Shown here: positions 25,415-56,600 of the stretch, one piece after another
Position numbering within the stretch: position 1 is the first letter of the stretch
How the letters are laid out: the number at the start of each line of letters is the position of its first letter
From: Paraspadella gotoi
Taxonomy: Eukaryota; Animalia; Chaetognatha
Direction of reading: 5' to 3'
NCBI GenBank assembly: GCA_051294375.1
Contig: CM119267.1
Coordinates: 14,873,694 to 14,937,693 of the forward strand
DNA length: 64,000 bases
Program-made: the position numbers and the translations under genes
Notes under the pieces: model-generated
What the model saw: only the letters and a program-made list of their open reading frames with translations
What the model was told of the DNA's origin: nothing
Database searches by the model: none

Positions 25415-27330
25415 ATGGGTGCATCGACGAGCAGCGAGCAGGTGCGTTTGAAGGAGTTTCAGAGCTAAATAAACAAAATGTACAATAAATACGAGACAAA
25501 TTAACAAGGACGCCGGCGAGCAAAATAACGCTCTGGCCTAGAAGAAGTTTGGGTGCTATAGACAGACGGTTAGAATGTGAAAAAGCTCAAAAGATTAGCT
25601 AAATGCGTTTGAAGCGGATGCTTTTAGAGAGTGAAGCTGCTTGAGCAGCACCGAAAGAGCGTTTCATCTCTACGCCTCCATTCCAGGTCTCCGGTAGCAA
25701 TCCGTCGTCGTCGTCGGCGGCGACCCTCTTCTCCGGATCCGGTGCCTCTTCCGGAGGCGGCGGAAGCGGCGGCGGCGGCGGTGGCGGTCGCGGCAACAAG
25801 AGGCAGCGCGACAAGAAAAGGGAGAAAACGATCGAAGTTGAAAAGCTCCCGGGATACAGAGGACAGGTTGGCCAATTCGCTAGAAATAAACCAATAAATT
25901 AGTCAACCAACCAACCAATCAATCAATCAAACGCATGAGAGAGTGTTGATTGAAATCTTGCAGGGACCTGCTGTGTCATTATCTTGTAAGAGTGATGGAG
26001 GCCTTAAACCTCAAAATAAAATTCAGCTCCTTGTATTTTGATGCAAGTGCGGAATACAATATAGTATTCCCCTCGATCTAATACTTAAGGGAGTGGTCTT
26101 TTAATACAATTGAAACATTCTTTGAAAATATTATACCACTTCATTGATAGGAAAGCCGGGTAGTCTGGAAGTGAATAAACCAGACTGTGAGCGAGTCTTT
26201 ATTAAAAGCTTGAGGCGACCGGCTATGTCGTTATCTTGTAAGAGTGATGTCGGACTTAAACCACCAAAGCCTGTCCAAAGTCAGGAACAATTTAGCTTAT
26301 TATTGGTTGTACCAGTTTCAAAAAAACTTTTCAACACTTCCCTAGGAACACTTGGACAGTCTCGTCGAATTTATTAACTCTGGTACATCCGGTGCGACGC
26401 GCAAATTGACGAAGGGTGCCTCCTTTTCGGCGGCGGATTCGCAATCCGTTGCGGCAGCAGCAGCCGCCAGCGCAGCTGCTAACGCAGCCAACGCCGCAGT
26501 CGTCGCCGCCTCCCTCGGAGTCAACAACGGTAGAGTTAGCGAAAGGCTTCATTATATAAGTTAAACATTAGCTAAATAATATGAAATAAAACAAATATTC
26601 GTAGAATCGCTCGTGGGCGAGACGTTGGGTTCGAAGGCGTCAATCAATTCGTCGGCGACAACCACGACGCCGACGAACAATTCCACCGTCGGTTCTTCCA
26701 AGGATAACAGCGGCAGCGGCAGCAGCGCTCGTATCGGAGGCGGCAGCGCAGATTCCGGTTCTATACGCCGAAATAAGAAGGGACCGAAAGGCGGGGGAGG
26801 TGGAGGCAGCGCCGGCGGCGTGGCGAAACTCGCAATCGAATCGAATAACGATTACGACGACGGCGTCGGAAACACCAAATCCGGTTTGCAATCAGTCGGA
26901 GGCGTTTTCGGCGGCGGCGGCGGCGGCGGCGACGACGCCGGCGTACTGACGGCGAGAATTCCTGGTCGTAAAGGATCCTCCTTGGGTGACGTTGACGCCA
27001 TTCGTCACAGCGCCGCCATCGACGTGCAGAATAAGACAGGGTGCCGGCGGTTCAGGTATGGCTTTTTGAATAGAAGATAGAGATAGTGATAAGAGAGAGG
27101 GAAAGTAATCCCTCACTTCTTCCAACTCTTTCAGGAATCGCAGTCCGAACTCGGTCGGCGGCCTCGACGACGACCGCATCTCCACTTCCTTGGAGAGCAA
27201 CACCAACGAGTCGTCGACGGGCGTCGGATTCGCCGCCACTGGAGGCGACTTCCGGTTCGGTGGATCCGAGTCGGAACTCTCCCAGGTTTGAGGGTGATCT
27301 GTGCTTTATTTCTCTCCTTCTTTCTTTCCT

Positions 27331-27382
<52 letters not shown>

Positions 27383-30300
27383 GCTTTCTTTCTTTTCTTT
27401 TTTTCATTTATTCGATCACTGGTTCCTTTCGTTTCACCTCTAGGCGGAGTTTTCCGGTAGCACCCCCGCCTCTGCCACCCCTCCGACTTCAGAAAGCCTC
27501 AAAACGTCGTCGAGTAGTGATAAGAGTCTATCGAGCTACGAATCCGCCGTTGGGGAGATGCAGCAGTAAGTTTTCTTAAATTAAACACTAAAACCGATGG
27601 GAAGATTCTTATTTTTTAATTTCATTTATTTGTTTGCCGCAGTTTGAAAAACGGTGTTTTCGTAATGCTGAAAATTTAGGATGGAAGAAAATATAGTATA
27701 AGGCGCCGTTCATAAGCTTAAAAAACTAATAGGAAAAAGAACGATATTTGTCGAAGGGGTTAGTGGTTAATTTACGGGTTTTTGGTGTGACAAACCGCGT
27801 CGAAGAGCCTCAAACTTTCAATGTCGTTTAAACCCGTTGTAAAGTCTGGTTGAACCGGTACTCTCGCCCACTACGTCACGAAACCGGATCCCCGGTTTTT
27901 CAACAGCCCCGTTTTACCGAATAAAATTTTCTCGTGGAGAATGTATTTTCGGCTACTGCTGGGTAAAATGAAATCAAACTTAATGTTACAAATGCCAATA
28001 TTAAATACTTTATTACTATTAGCGCTAATAGCTCAGCGAAAGAAAACCCTTTACATCCGGGGCTCTATAACTTATCCTCGTTCCACCGCCCCATCCCCTC
28101 AGCTCCGCCTCCTCCTCGCGAGACTTGTACACTACATCGACGACGGGAATGGCGACGAAGGAATCTTCCGCCGACGCCGCTTTTTCGGCGTCCCTTAATT
28201 TGGCCGAATTCACACCGGTCGTGTCGAAAAAGTGTCGCCGCGGCGCGGGATCGAGCGGCCGAGCGGGTCGCGTCGACCCGGCGTCGTCTCAGCACGGACC
28301 CGCGTCCAGAGACTCGGACAACGAAGCCGTTTGCTCTAACGTCGGCGTCGCTTCCGCTCGCTCCGGTTCTCCGCAAAAGGTCGGCTCGCGAAATTCCGGG
28401 AAGAGTGGCGCCGGAAAATCCGGTCGAGCGGCGTCTACGTCGCCGGTGGCGGCCGACTTGAGCCCCGCCCACTTTCCCGCGCTCTCCCGATCCCAACAGG
28501 ACAATTTCCCTGCGTCAGTGGCGGCGTCGCAGTCTGGCACGCTGCTTCCGCCCTCCTCGTCATCCTCGACGTCGTCGGGGATCGACGGGCGCCGAAATTC
28601 GACCGGAAACATCGAAGATTGCGAACCGGCGTCGATTTCGATCACGAAGACTTCGGCGTCGTCGTCGTTGTTGGTCGAAAATTCCACCGTCGCCGCCGCC
28701 GCCGCCGTTTGTCGGCGACGAGACTCCGCCTCGAATCCGACCACGACGACGACGACCCCGCCGACGGGTAAATCCGCAAACGGCGCTGGAGGCGTCGCCG
28801 CTCAACACGCCGTCTCCTACGCGAAAATCGCGGCGTCGAAAGCGAGCGCCGCCAAGGATCGACGTTCCGGCGACGACGATGACGACGAGGATAACGAGTC
28901 CGGCAAATCCCTCCGCGTCGATCGGCGAGGAGGCGAGGGTTCGCCGGCGGCTTTAGCGTCGTCTGCGTCGCCGAACGCCCACAGACGAAGACGGGAGAAT
29001 TTTCGAGGCGGCGTCGTCGCTTCACAGGCGGGGACATCGAGAGATTTCGCGCCGAAATCGAGCGGCGCCGGCGCCTTACCTGCGGCGACTCCGCCGACGA
29101 CGATGACGTCTACGAAATCCAAAAAGGTCAACAACTTCGTGGTTTTTCTTCACGAGAAGGAATCGAGCGAAGTCAACCTCAACGGAATCACCTTCGGTTT
29201 CGATCTGCCCGAACCAGCTTTGATGGCGCACGTTCCCGCCGCGCTGCCGACGAACCCCTCCCGCGTCGGAGCAGCGTTGCCCGCCCGCGCCGCCGCTCAG
29301 GACTCGCCGCGAGATCCGACTTCGCCGTCGCATCGATCCAACGCCAAACAGAGTCCTTCGGGACCTGGAGCGACGTCATCGGGGTCGCAGGGTCGGTCGG
29401 AAACGCGACGACCTCCGAATGTTGACCACAAGGAACTGGAAACTTCTTCTTCCGCATCCTCGGCCTCTTCCTCATCCGCCTCTTCCTCCTCGGGTTATTC
29501 CTCCTCCAGAATCGAAGTTAGAATAGAACGCCAAGAGATTTCCGATGGGAGAACCTTTCGCGCCTCCGCCTCCGCCTCCGCCGCCTCCGCCGCCTCCGCC
29601 GCCGGGGAACGCAAGCCCGGGACGTCGTCGCCTAAACGCGGCTTTCCCTCGCGCGGTGCCGCGAAGGACGTTTCTGGGAGCGGCGCCGCCTCGCAACCTC
29701 ACAATCAGCCCCATCATAACCACAATCATAATATTCAACATCGTCATCATCATCTTCATAACCCTAGTCACCGAGGCACTCAGATCGACGGCGGCGACGA
29801 TGGCGGCGGAAGCGGGGGCGGCGGTGGCTTCTCCCCCGTTGGTAATTTCGACGCTGCTCAAGTCAACCATCCTAGTCTTGGCGGCGCCTGGGGCGGCGCT
29901 GGCGGCGCTGGCGGTGGGACTAACTCGCCCTGCCGTCGACTTCCCTCTCCGGTCTTGATCGCCGACTCGAAGAAAACGACGACGACGACGACGCAGCAGT
30001 CTCCGGAATCTTCGAAATCCCTTCCACCCGGCGACGCCTCTCACAGAAACCAAAAACAACCACAGAACGTTAACAGCGCCTACGCTAACAACAACAGCAA
30101 CAACAACGCCAGGGCCAACGCCGCGCCGTCGTCGTCTTCTTCTTCTTCGTCGTCGTCCTCGTCGTCGTCCACCTGCTCTTCCTCTTCGGATTTCCAAAGC
30201 AACAGATCGAGATTCTACGAAGGACGAGGAGGCGGTGGATACCGGCAGAACGGCGGCGGCGGCCCCGGCGGTTACTACGTCGGAGCCTCTGGCGGTTTCG

Positions 30301-30960
30301 GCAGAAACAATCCTCAGGCCCCTTTGAAAAACTCGGCTAGGAGCAACAACTATTATCACCACCAACTGCAGCAGCAGCAGCAGCAGCAAACGGCTCACTA
30401 CCACCAACACAATCACCATCATCAACAACCGCAACAACAACCGTCGAGGAGGAACAACGACAACAACAAAGAACAGCACTTCTTTCACGGTTGCACGAAG
30501 TCGCCGTCGTCGCCCGCGGCGGCGGGTGCGGCGGGTGCGGCGGAGACGCTACCGCGCGACTTCGGAGGCGGGTTCAATCTGGGGGAATGCGCGGACTTCA
30601 TGGGCGCCGAGTGGAGGAAAGTCATTTCCTTGACAGAGAGAGGTGAGACTTGTTGTCGAGAATACCTCAGTTTCTCTTGTTTCGCTGGTTATTGATGTCA
30701 ATTTTTAAAAATTTTATATCTAACTTCATTGGAAAATGTATTGTAATAACTTAAACGGTTGAGTTTAATTAGTAGACTCATTTTGAGTTAGTCTGACCAA
30801 TTGACTTCATCTAATCTTCATCCATTCCTTACCCGCAGATTCTTCAGCCGTGGTATGGTACGACAACAAAAATGCTATTAAACAACAACAACAACCAATC
30901 AACACAATTTCCAAGTCTTCTTTCCCTCCCTCAACAAGAGCCAAGCAACTTACTCTTTAG
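25415..30960 (+). CDS. Large intrinsically disordered Ser/Gly/Ala/Gln-rich protein (8 exons)
   Basis: Exons 25415-25441, 25687-25866, 26346-26529, 26605-27055, 27135-27285, 27444-27565, 28103-30642, 30839-30960, all GT-AG and in phase; includes the 856-aa ORF. Ordered-looking islands: EKLPGYRGQEHLDSLVEFIN, VVFLHE..GITFGFD, FNLGECADFMGAEWRKV..VVWY. Confidence 0.8.
25936..26268. repeat. Two diverged ~80-bp copies of a repeat in an intron; inverted fragment at 8751-8782
   Basis: TTATCTTGTAAGAGTGATG....CTTAAACC in 25936-26016 and 26187-26268; reverse-complement match to TTTGGTGGTTTAAGGCCTCCTTCACT at 8753. Confidence 0.6.
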
Positions 30961-32295
30961 TACATGCAATAGCTTTTTGCAATTCCGCAATTAGTCATTT
31001 AACTTTGCTAAAAAAAAAAAATTTCCTTTTGAATATCTAGTCATAGAGTAACGCGTCGGGATCACGTTTCGAATCCTTTTCGTTTTTTCGCCGATTTTTC
31101 TTCCAGTTTTATCTTTTAATTTCTTTTTTTTTTCGCTCACAAAAAAACCTGTCTTTTTTTTGTATATTTCCTTTTCCTCCAAAAAAACTTGAAAAAAATC
31201 GCCCGGCGTTTCGCGAAAGCTGTGTACACTTTGACTTATTGTTTCTATTAAAATAGAATTTTCCATACTAGTGATAAATATAGCGTGTTTTGTACGAAAT
31301 GGTTTTTATTAAGTTAAGAGAAAATTCGTGGAAAAGCTAAAACTGTAAAAATACGACGTATTAACTCAAGAATTTAGAATCTGGCAGCATTCATTTTGTG
31401 ATGGCTTAAACTTTGGCTATGCTCTCATTAATCAATCAACCGTTAGTTAAACAATATAAATCTAGGGTTTAATTATAACTGGTGGCTATTGTCTTCCTAA
31501 CCCATGTGAATTTCAAACCAGAGCTGAGAATCCTGTTTAACCTTAAATGTTTATTCTGAATGTTTTCTTAATGTCCAATAAGCCCAATGAAAGTTGCAAC
31601 TTGTTTGAAGATTCGACTCAAGCAACTCACGACATCTCACGATTTTTCTTCCCTTTAAATGTACACACCGATCGCTTCCTTCCGCCAGCTAGCGCTGCGA
31701 CGAATCCTCACCGAGAGGAAAAGCGCATTGAACGAACAAAAGAACATCGACCTTCGTCCGCTTTCGAAAAATCTTCGCTCGAGCGAATGTGCGATTGTGC
31801 ATCGCGCGAATGCGGCCGAGTGCGGCCACACTCGCCGAGGCCGAGCGGTCGTTTTACGCTCGAATCGGCCTCGCGGCGACGGGACGTCTCCCGGACGTGA
31901 ATTGAATATCGAAATTCGCGAGTCGCGTTTTCTCTTTCTTTATCGCGCACGAATTTAAAAGTTTTTTTCCCTCGTTTCTTAGTCTGAAACGCTTCCGGTC
32001 TATAGTTTCCCGTCGCCGGGGCAAAAGTGGAAATAAAACAAGGGGGGTTTCCGCCAACTCCTCCTCCGCCGCTGGAGCCGCTGTCGCCGTCGCGCCGTCG
32101 CCGTCCCTGCTAACCATCACTCATCTTGCTTCCCTCGATGCGGCTCTTAATGCTCGTGTAAGGATTTGACTTAGAGGCATTCCCCCCCCTCCCGGTCTAA
32201 CGTGCTAACTCGCTCTCCGACTTGCCCCGGGGCTCTAAACCTCCAAACCCCCTCCCTACCCCTAAAAGCCTAATGTAGCCTGGATTATCTGTCTC

Positions 32296-32352
<57 letters not shown>

Positions 32353-35300
32353 TATATTCCATCGCTCCATGAATCACCGCCGTCGGCGTCGTGACCCTAA
32401 GAATCAAGTCGCGCCTTTCAGTTTTCATGAACGATAGATGGCGCGGGCGGAGTGCAGACGCCGGGAGGGAGGAGGGATGACGATATAGCGCCATTTTTTT
32501 TTAATGATACACGGGTGTGATTCAGTAAGAAAGAAAAAATAAGATTTAAAGAGAGAGAGAAAAAAAAGATAAAAAAATTGAAAGAAAATTCTAATTAAGG
32601 CGTACATTTAACAGAATTTCAGAATATTCATATAAATATGAGTTATTAACTTTTTTATTTGCCAGTTATATTATCAATTTTAAACACTTTTTGGGGACAT
32701 ATTGATCTATAGTCTAAATATTATTAGTCAATTTTTAAAAAAATAACTTTAAAAAAATTGGTAAGAAAAAGGGAAAAATCGAAAAGAATAGTAAAGAAAA
32801 GAAAAGAAAAACGAATACAAAAGTTCTGGTGAGAAAAAAATCAATTAAGATTAAACACTTGAAAATTTAATCTGTATCACAGAAAACTTTGGATTAACTC
32901 AAGCCTCCCCTCTATTCAAGCCGAAATAATAAAACACAATCCCTATTCTGATTTTTGAAACCCAGATTTTATTTCGCCGACGGTAAAACTTAAATATGAG
33001 CGGTTTATTTTTTCACAACACACGTCTTGTTAATCGAATAATAATTTAAGATCAAGACAAAAAATATATAACAATTAATTAGGCTAAAATCCACTTGTGT
33101 TTTTTCGGTGATTATGTCTGTAAAGGGTGAGTTGATGATGAAATTAAAATGCAGAATATGAAAAAAAAGCTATGTACAAACCCTTACTTTAATACAACAT
33201 CAAAGATAAAAGTAACGCCCGACCGAGGCGGTAGTTTCGAATTCCGAACTCCTATAGTAGAGTAAGATTATAGTAAATGAGAAAATATTTTTGTTTGTAT
33301 AAATGCCCTGCTAAATAACGCTACAAATGTATGAAGCTGCGCTGCGAGTAGTTTTTTTTGTTTTTTTTTTAAAGAAGCGAACAACAAGTTCCTTGGACAA
33401 TTTGTAATGAAATTTGTGTTTGTTTGTAACAATAATCTGCAAATATGAATGGAAATAGAAATATTGAAATGGGTTACAGCAACCGGGGGGCGCGTAAGAG
33501 AATCTCCCGTTTAATGGTCAGAATGGCCTTAAAATGATTAATAAACAGTCGCAGTAAAATGAGACGCGATTGAATATTCGTCAAGAATACGTTTTTTTGA
33601 AGAAAGCATATTGCTGCAAATACAATGGAAATCGGTTGGAGAGTGGCTGGAGAACCTCCGATGAATCTTTCCTAACCTTCAGATCGTTAACCGGTAGGTA
33701 GAAACTTTTTGAAAAACGCACAAGCAATTATGATGAAAAGTACATACAGGCTATTTGAATCACTTTTTAGTCAAATTTCCATTGGCAGCACTTGCCTCTT
33801 CATGAGGGATCGTTTATGAGATATATCAAGTAATCAGTAATCGATTGAAGATATAAAATGACAAAATACAATCAAAAGTACAGCTATTTGGCAATTCATA
33901 TCACATGACCCTACAGTCTACACAGTTTACACATCGAATATTATGTAAAGATACAATCATGATTAAGTAAATGTTCTAAGAAGTAAGTAATGCAAATCTG
34001 TTTGTATGTTTTCAATTTTTGTGTATGATACAAAGTATACCATAAATCTACAATAGTTACAATGATCTTTTTAATTTTTTAAAAACATTCCGAGGCTTGA
34101 TTTGTTTGACGTGGATGTTAGATCAATCAAGAAGCAGACCACGCACGCCATGCCAATTCACTGCACGATACAATAGCGTGTTAATTGAAAAATGCCAAAA
34201 AATATGCATTCTTAATAGAAAATACAGTATTTTTATAAATAAGTACATAGGAATAGATATTAAAATTGCTAAAAACTTTGCGTATTAAAGCACCTTTACT
34301 ATCAAGCATATGTATCGTTCAATGGCATTTTCATTGAGCAAAATCACCAAAAACAAATATTTTCTTAATTTGGATCCAATGGTGTTAGTTGTAAATATAT
34401 TGTTTGCCAGCTTCTAGGTAGCCTTACAGTGGTTTGGATAATGTTGTGGAAAAATTAATTCTGAAGTAATATCTAATATCAATTATATCATCCCACCAAT
34501 CAAATCACTCAGTTATCAAGTAAAAGCAGACCTTTCATAAAATAAGTTCCAAACTTTATTGTCTAGATGATATATGTATCTTTAGTGTAACACATCAATA
34601 TAAAAACGATTACTCTGATTAACAAAGTAAGAATTAAGTGAATAACACAAAAAACCTTATATATGAGTTCGAAATACTCATTCTTGATTCGTCTTTGAGA
34701 ACTTAGTACAATTAGGTACAAGCAATGACTTGCCGTTTAGCGATTAGCTATGTTTTTATGCGTACCTTTATTTTTTAAAATAATTATCCCATTAAAACGC
34801 TAAAAAGTGTACAGAATAAAGAGATCATTGGTAAGGAAGATTTAATCCATTTCACATAAAATTAAGCGATATGTGTACTTAAGCGAAATTAGACGTCAAC
34901 CTTCTATTTAAAGAAAAGGTATTTTGCCGTTTTGGTCGTGCAAGCAAGCGTATATAGAGAAATTCCGATAAGCAATAGATTAGTAACTCATTGAACCAGA
35001 CATTGAAATTTCAGCCAAGAATTCTAATTTTTCTCAATTGAAGAAATAGTTCGCCTTAATGACATAGGTATTAAATAATCTATAATATAATAAGAATTTA
35101 GCTCGTCGGGTATCTCTTTTAGCGCTTGCTCTATCCAGAAAAAGTTCGTTCTTTCTGTCATCAATATTGTATGACAAGTAATGTTAATAGGTGTTAACGA
35201 TGGTTAACATACATATTTGTAGCTTTGCTTAATCAGGAAACCCAACTGTTTTCACAACTACTTTAATTGGTTGGTCGGCTTGCACCACGTACAATGACTA

Positions 35301-37175
35301 GAATAGACAAAGGGTTGATCACAAAAAAGCTTTCTCTTAAAAGGAATTTGCGGACGATCTATTTATGAATATGCTTTTATGCAAAGTTCCTCGATTCCAT
35401 AAAGATGTTAAGAAAGTTGGTACCTAATGGTATTGATTTGATAATAATATTTCCCCGTCTTGGGATGAATATTCGACGGTTTAACGGACTAACAAATTAA
35501 TAAATGCCTCCAACAAATAGAAGGGTGACGATCTGGTGTAATCCGGAAGCATTGACGGTTTTTTTTATTACGAATTCCCGTTTTAATGTTGGGATCTTTC
35601 TAGTTTTCAAAGAGGCAGGACGGTTTAAATAAATGTGACCTGATTTTGTCTTCGTTCAAATCCGGCTTCGTCGCGATCAGCATTTGTGAAAGCAGCATCG
35701 TTCAAGTTTTTTCCGCATTTTTTTTTTTCACCAAGAATAAATGGCACCTCAATCGCAAATACCCTCGTTTTTTTGGTTATCAATAAATGGCACATATTTT
35801 TTTTTTTTTTTGGTCGCTAGTTACGAAGATCCACACAAAGTTGGTTCGATGTGACCAATTCGAGTAAGTACCCCGTCGTTTGTAGTTTTTTTCTCTTTTT
35901 GGAATAATTTGTTTTCTCAATTCTTTTTTTTTTTTTTCATTTCACAAGGATTATCATGGCGGATCACACAGTGACATCGTGGCGGGCATAAAGAGATCGC
36001 GACGAACCCGGGTTTGAACGGAACCAAATTACCTTTTCAACGCGAGAACCGGATATTTAAATATCACTTTTGATTCTCGGCGAATAAAAAAATAAGAAAA
36101 AAAAAGAAAAAAAAAGTAATTGCGGCGACAAGGATTCTTTGTTCGCTCTGCTCGAGAGAACAATACGCCGCGAGTCGAAAGAACTATTCGCCCCTTGCCC
36201 CTTCTTTTTATAAAAAAATATTATCAGTTCTTTTTTTTTTTCGCTTCCGTAGATGTTAGTTTTAAAAAGAAAAAGATCAAGCACCAATTCAACAATTACT
36301 CCACCGGAATTTTCAATGAAATCAAGATATAAAAAGAAATCCAATGGTGTGACTTTTATAAAAAAAAATAATCTGAATAGAACCGTGATCGGTAGATTTT
36401 ATTTTTTTTTGGCGTGAGAAAAAAAAATGGATGTGTTTACGTGTCTAACGCAGCGACGGCCGGTAATCAGTGGCGTTATCGCGAACCTGAGGCATTGCAG
36501 CAAATTGTAGTCGATTTATTTCGAAAGACTTAGTATTAATTGTAAGGAGCCGCGATCTATGATAACTTTTTTTTTTCCGATTTCGCGTATTCTCTTTTTT
36601 CCTTTTGCTTAAAAAAGTCTGTTTTATCACAAGTGTCGTATTCACTGTGTATGACTCAAAAGATGCAATTGGTGGGGTTCAGGATTAATATAAAAAAAAG
36701 AGAGAGCCAAAAATTAAAATGTTGCGTCTTGGCGCGATGAGAACTTATAATTGATGAAGAAGATTGGTTGAGAAAAAAATAATAAACTGACTAAACTTAA
36801 AATCTTTGTTTTTTATATAAAATAAGTGGAAAAAAAATGGAGACACGCTACGTGAGGGGAGATTGAGTGAGAGAGATGGAAAGAGAGAAAGAGAGAGAAA
36901 GAGAGAGATAAAGTACCCCCATAAGCTATACTCCGCGTAATGAGTAAATAAAGATGTATTAAAATCGATAACTCCATTTATACCGATGGCAGTGATTGGT
37001 AATAGTATGTAACCACGTTCTTTGGTAAAAAAATAAAAAAAGCTCTTTTGAGGGCCCCTATTAAAGACGATTTTACACGTGAAAGATGATTTTTTTTCGT
37101 TTTTTTATCCCTTCAAAATAATACATATTAAATTTAAAAGGCCACGCGAATTTCTTTAAATTTAATTTTTTTCCT

Positions 37176-53683
<16,508 letters not shown>

Positions 53684-56600
53684 GTTGATGACCGCCGAAA
53701 GTTCTCACAGACTCTCTCGCTCTCTGTCTGTGTTTCCTCTCGGGGACACAGATCCTTACGACCGCGCACAGAGATGGGCGACGAGGTTTTCCTTTAAACG
53801 GCTACATAAAAACTGGTGGTTTCGGGGTGGACGGTGGACGGTGGGCGGTTCGGCCTACTCCGGGCGAAAAATCCCAAAAAATGTGGGGGGGAGTGTTGCT
53901 TCAAATCTTTTATTTCTTTTTGTTGAAGTAAAAAAAAACACGAAAAAAAATTGTATATATGGTAAAAAGAGAATCGAGAGGAGCCGCGGCGACGGCTCTC
54001 AGGTTGCTGAGTGTTGCAGCATGAGGAGGAGGAAGAAGAGGAGGATGAGGATTGCAGAGCTCAAAGGCGTGACGTCACTCCGGTTTTAGACCGGGGGAAG
54101 AAGAAGAAGAGGAGGAGCTGCAGGAGGATGAGAAGGACGAGGAAGAGAGGTTGCATTTCGCTCTCTCTCTTTTTCCCTTTGGTTTTCTTCGCCGGGTTTC
54201 GGTCTGTCAAAATATCCCTTAACCAGCATCGATGCGGTTTCGGTTGGTGGAACTACAGAGCTCTAACCACAGTTGTCGTTTTGTTTTAACTAGGCTTTTT
54301 TTAGTAAAATAACGTACTGGTATCTCGCTCTATAGAATATTAGTCGAAGGTTAAGTTGATCTTTTTCTCTTATTGGTTTTATTTGACAGTGGTATATATT
54401 TTAGTTAATTAGTTTCATAAAATGTTTTTTTTGTTGGTTTGAATGTAATAAAAACCAACAAGTGGAAAACCATGACAAAAAGTTTTGCTCATTGAGGTGA
54501 AACTTGAATTTATTATTTAATTACTTTGAATCCGGTTTTACAACCAATACATACGTAACCTATTACCTATAATCAGTTGAAAAAAAATTAGAAAGAAATA
54601 TTTATTAAGTCAAATATTTTTTTTCGTTGGCCACCCTCATCTATTCCCCAATTGGGTTTTCAATACCTTAGTTATAGGTGATAAGGATTAACGATTTCTC
54701 ACTTAAGATCTTCAGATGCGTTAACGCACTCGCTATAAGTCTTGGTGATGTTTCCTTCATACGGTCTGGTCAAAAATTAGCTTTAAACTGTATACAATCT
54801 AAGGTTATCAGAGTCTTCTATGTAGGAAGTCAACAGCAAGACCCGGTTATTGATACTTATAAGAGTTGTCATTCCGACGCATCCTTGTTTAATGATTTTC
54901 ATATTATTTTCTCAAGGCAATATTTGGTTTTGGTTCCCTTCCGCTCTTCTCTTCTTTCAAAAAAAGCAGAAAAAAATAACAAAGAAAAAATAGGAAGTAA
55001 ACGAATAATACGAGATGTAAAAATAAAGAAAGAAAAAACGAAAGAAAGTGAGAAAGAAAGACAGTGAAAAGTTGAGGACGAAACAAGGATAAAGAATTAT
55101 TTCTTTGCTTTCAACATGAGTAGCGGTTCACCACCCTAGTTCATTTCAGAGTTCGAGGAGGAAATTAAGTAAAGAATAACATTCCTTCTTTCGATTTTCG
55201 CTGGAGTATGTACGTATAATTCGTTAATGTGTCAATATGTAAATTATGTATTACGTTATATGGTTTATCGAACTAAAGACCGAACGCGAGAAAAACCGTG
55301 GAGGAATCTTCGACCGCCTTTCACTCATTAATTTTTTAGTCGCCTAAAAAACACAGAAAATCGTTAATGTAATTAAAACATATTTTCTTTTCCCTTCTAA
55401 GATATATATCGCTTTTTTCCGTCTTTTGGTAAAATAATAACTCGTTTTTAAAACCTTTTAGAAGTTCGTGTAATGGATATCGTTTATCTTACAAACGCGT
55501 CTGTTTGCCCTAAGATTGACATTTTTTTAAACAATGAAAGTCACACTAGCCCGCGTGGCCTCTGGTTATCGTTTTTGCGTCATTTGTCTTTTTCTCTTCA
55601 GTTTTCCTTGGTTAACATTTGTTTATGTATTTTTAAGTGGTACACATCCCCTGCTGTTCCTCGTGTTGAATCTATATCTCTATTTCCAGTTTATATGTAA
55701 GACTATGTAATTCAGTAGGATTTTTGGAGGAATATGTCTACGTCCTTGTTTATATACTTCTTCACTTACCTTACTTACATCTTTATTTTTTCTTGCTTTC
55801 TTCTCGCTTTCCTTTTTCGTTTTCCTTTTTTTCATTTTTCTTTTTTTCTTTCTTCTTTTCTTAACGTTCTTTAAAAATTTTTTATCTCATCCCGACTATA
55901 TTAATTTTTCGCTCTGACATTAATTTATTTTGATTATCTATTTATACACATATAAATTGTTTTTTATCGAGGAAAACACACAAAAAAAAACCATCAAAAA
56001 AGTTTTTTTCCTTTGAAAAAATAAAATACATTTTGAGACGCAACGAAGGTTCAAAGTTCTCTGGACGAATTTAAAAAAAAAAGCCTAAGGAAAAGGAGGA
56101 CATTGGAAGAAAGGAAGAATGGATTAAGTCACACGATTTTTTTTTAAATTCGATAAAATTTAAAAGTTAGAAACAAGAGAAAAACGAAACAAAAAAAAAA
56201 AACAGGAAAAACATTAACATTTAATTTTCTTTCATTTCAAGGCAAAAAAGAAAAACGTAAAAATATTTTAAAAGGAATTTTCAGTGCCATATCGTCGAAT
56301 TCAAACATCGCCATTGCAACATTTTGAAGGAAGTTAAATCGCGGTTTAAAATAAGTTTTTGAACTTTTTCTTCCGCCCCTCTGATTATGTTCATTATATA
56401 ATTCGTCGAGATGAATAAAAGGAGGTTCGCCATTTCTCGCTAAGGATTACCAACAATTCTTATTAGGGTAAGTTTATGATAAACATTTTTCTCTCCTGTT
56501 TCTCAAATAGATATTATTAATATTTTTATGTAAGATATATTTTGACTACTACTGCATGACCAATTAATCATTATAAATGATCATAGATCATAGATCGATT

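Noticed and set aside
28065-30488. Long antisense ORFs over the 856-aa ORF (and likewise over the 829-aa ORF)
   Set aside because: Shadow frames of GC-rich low-complexity coding exons.
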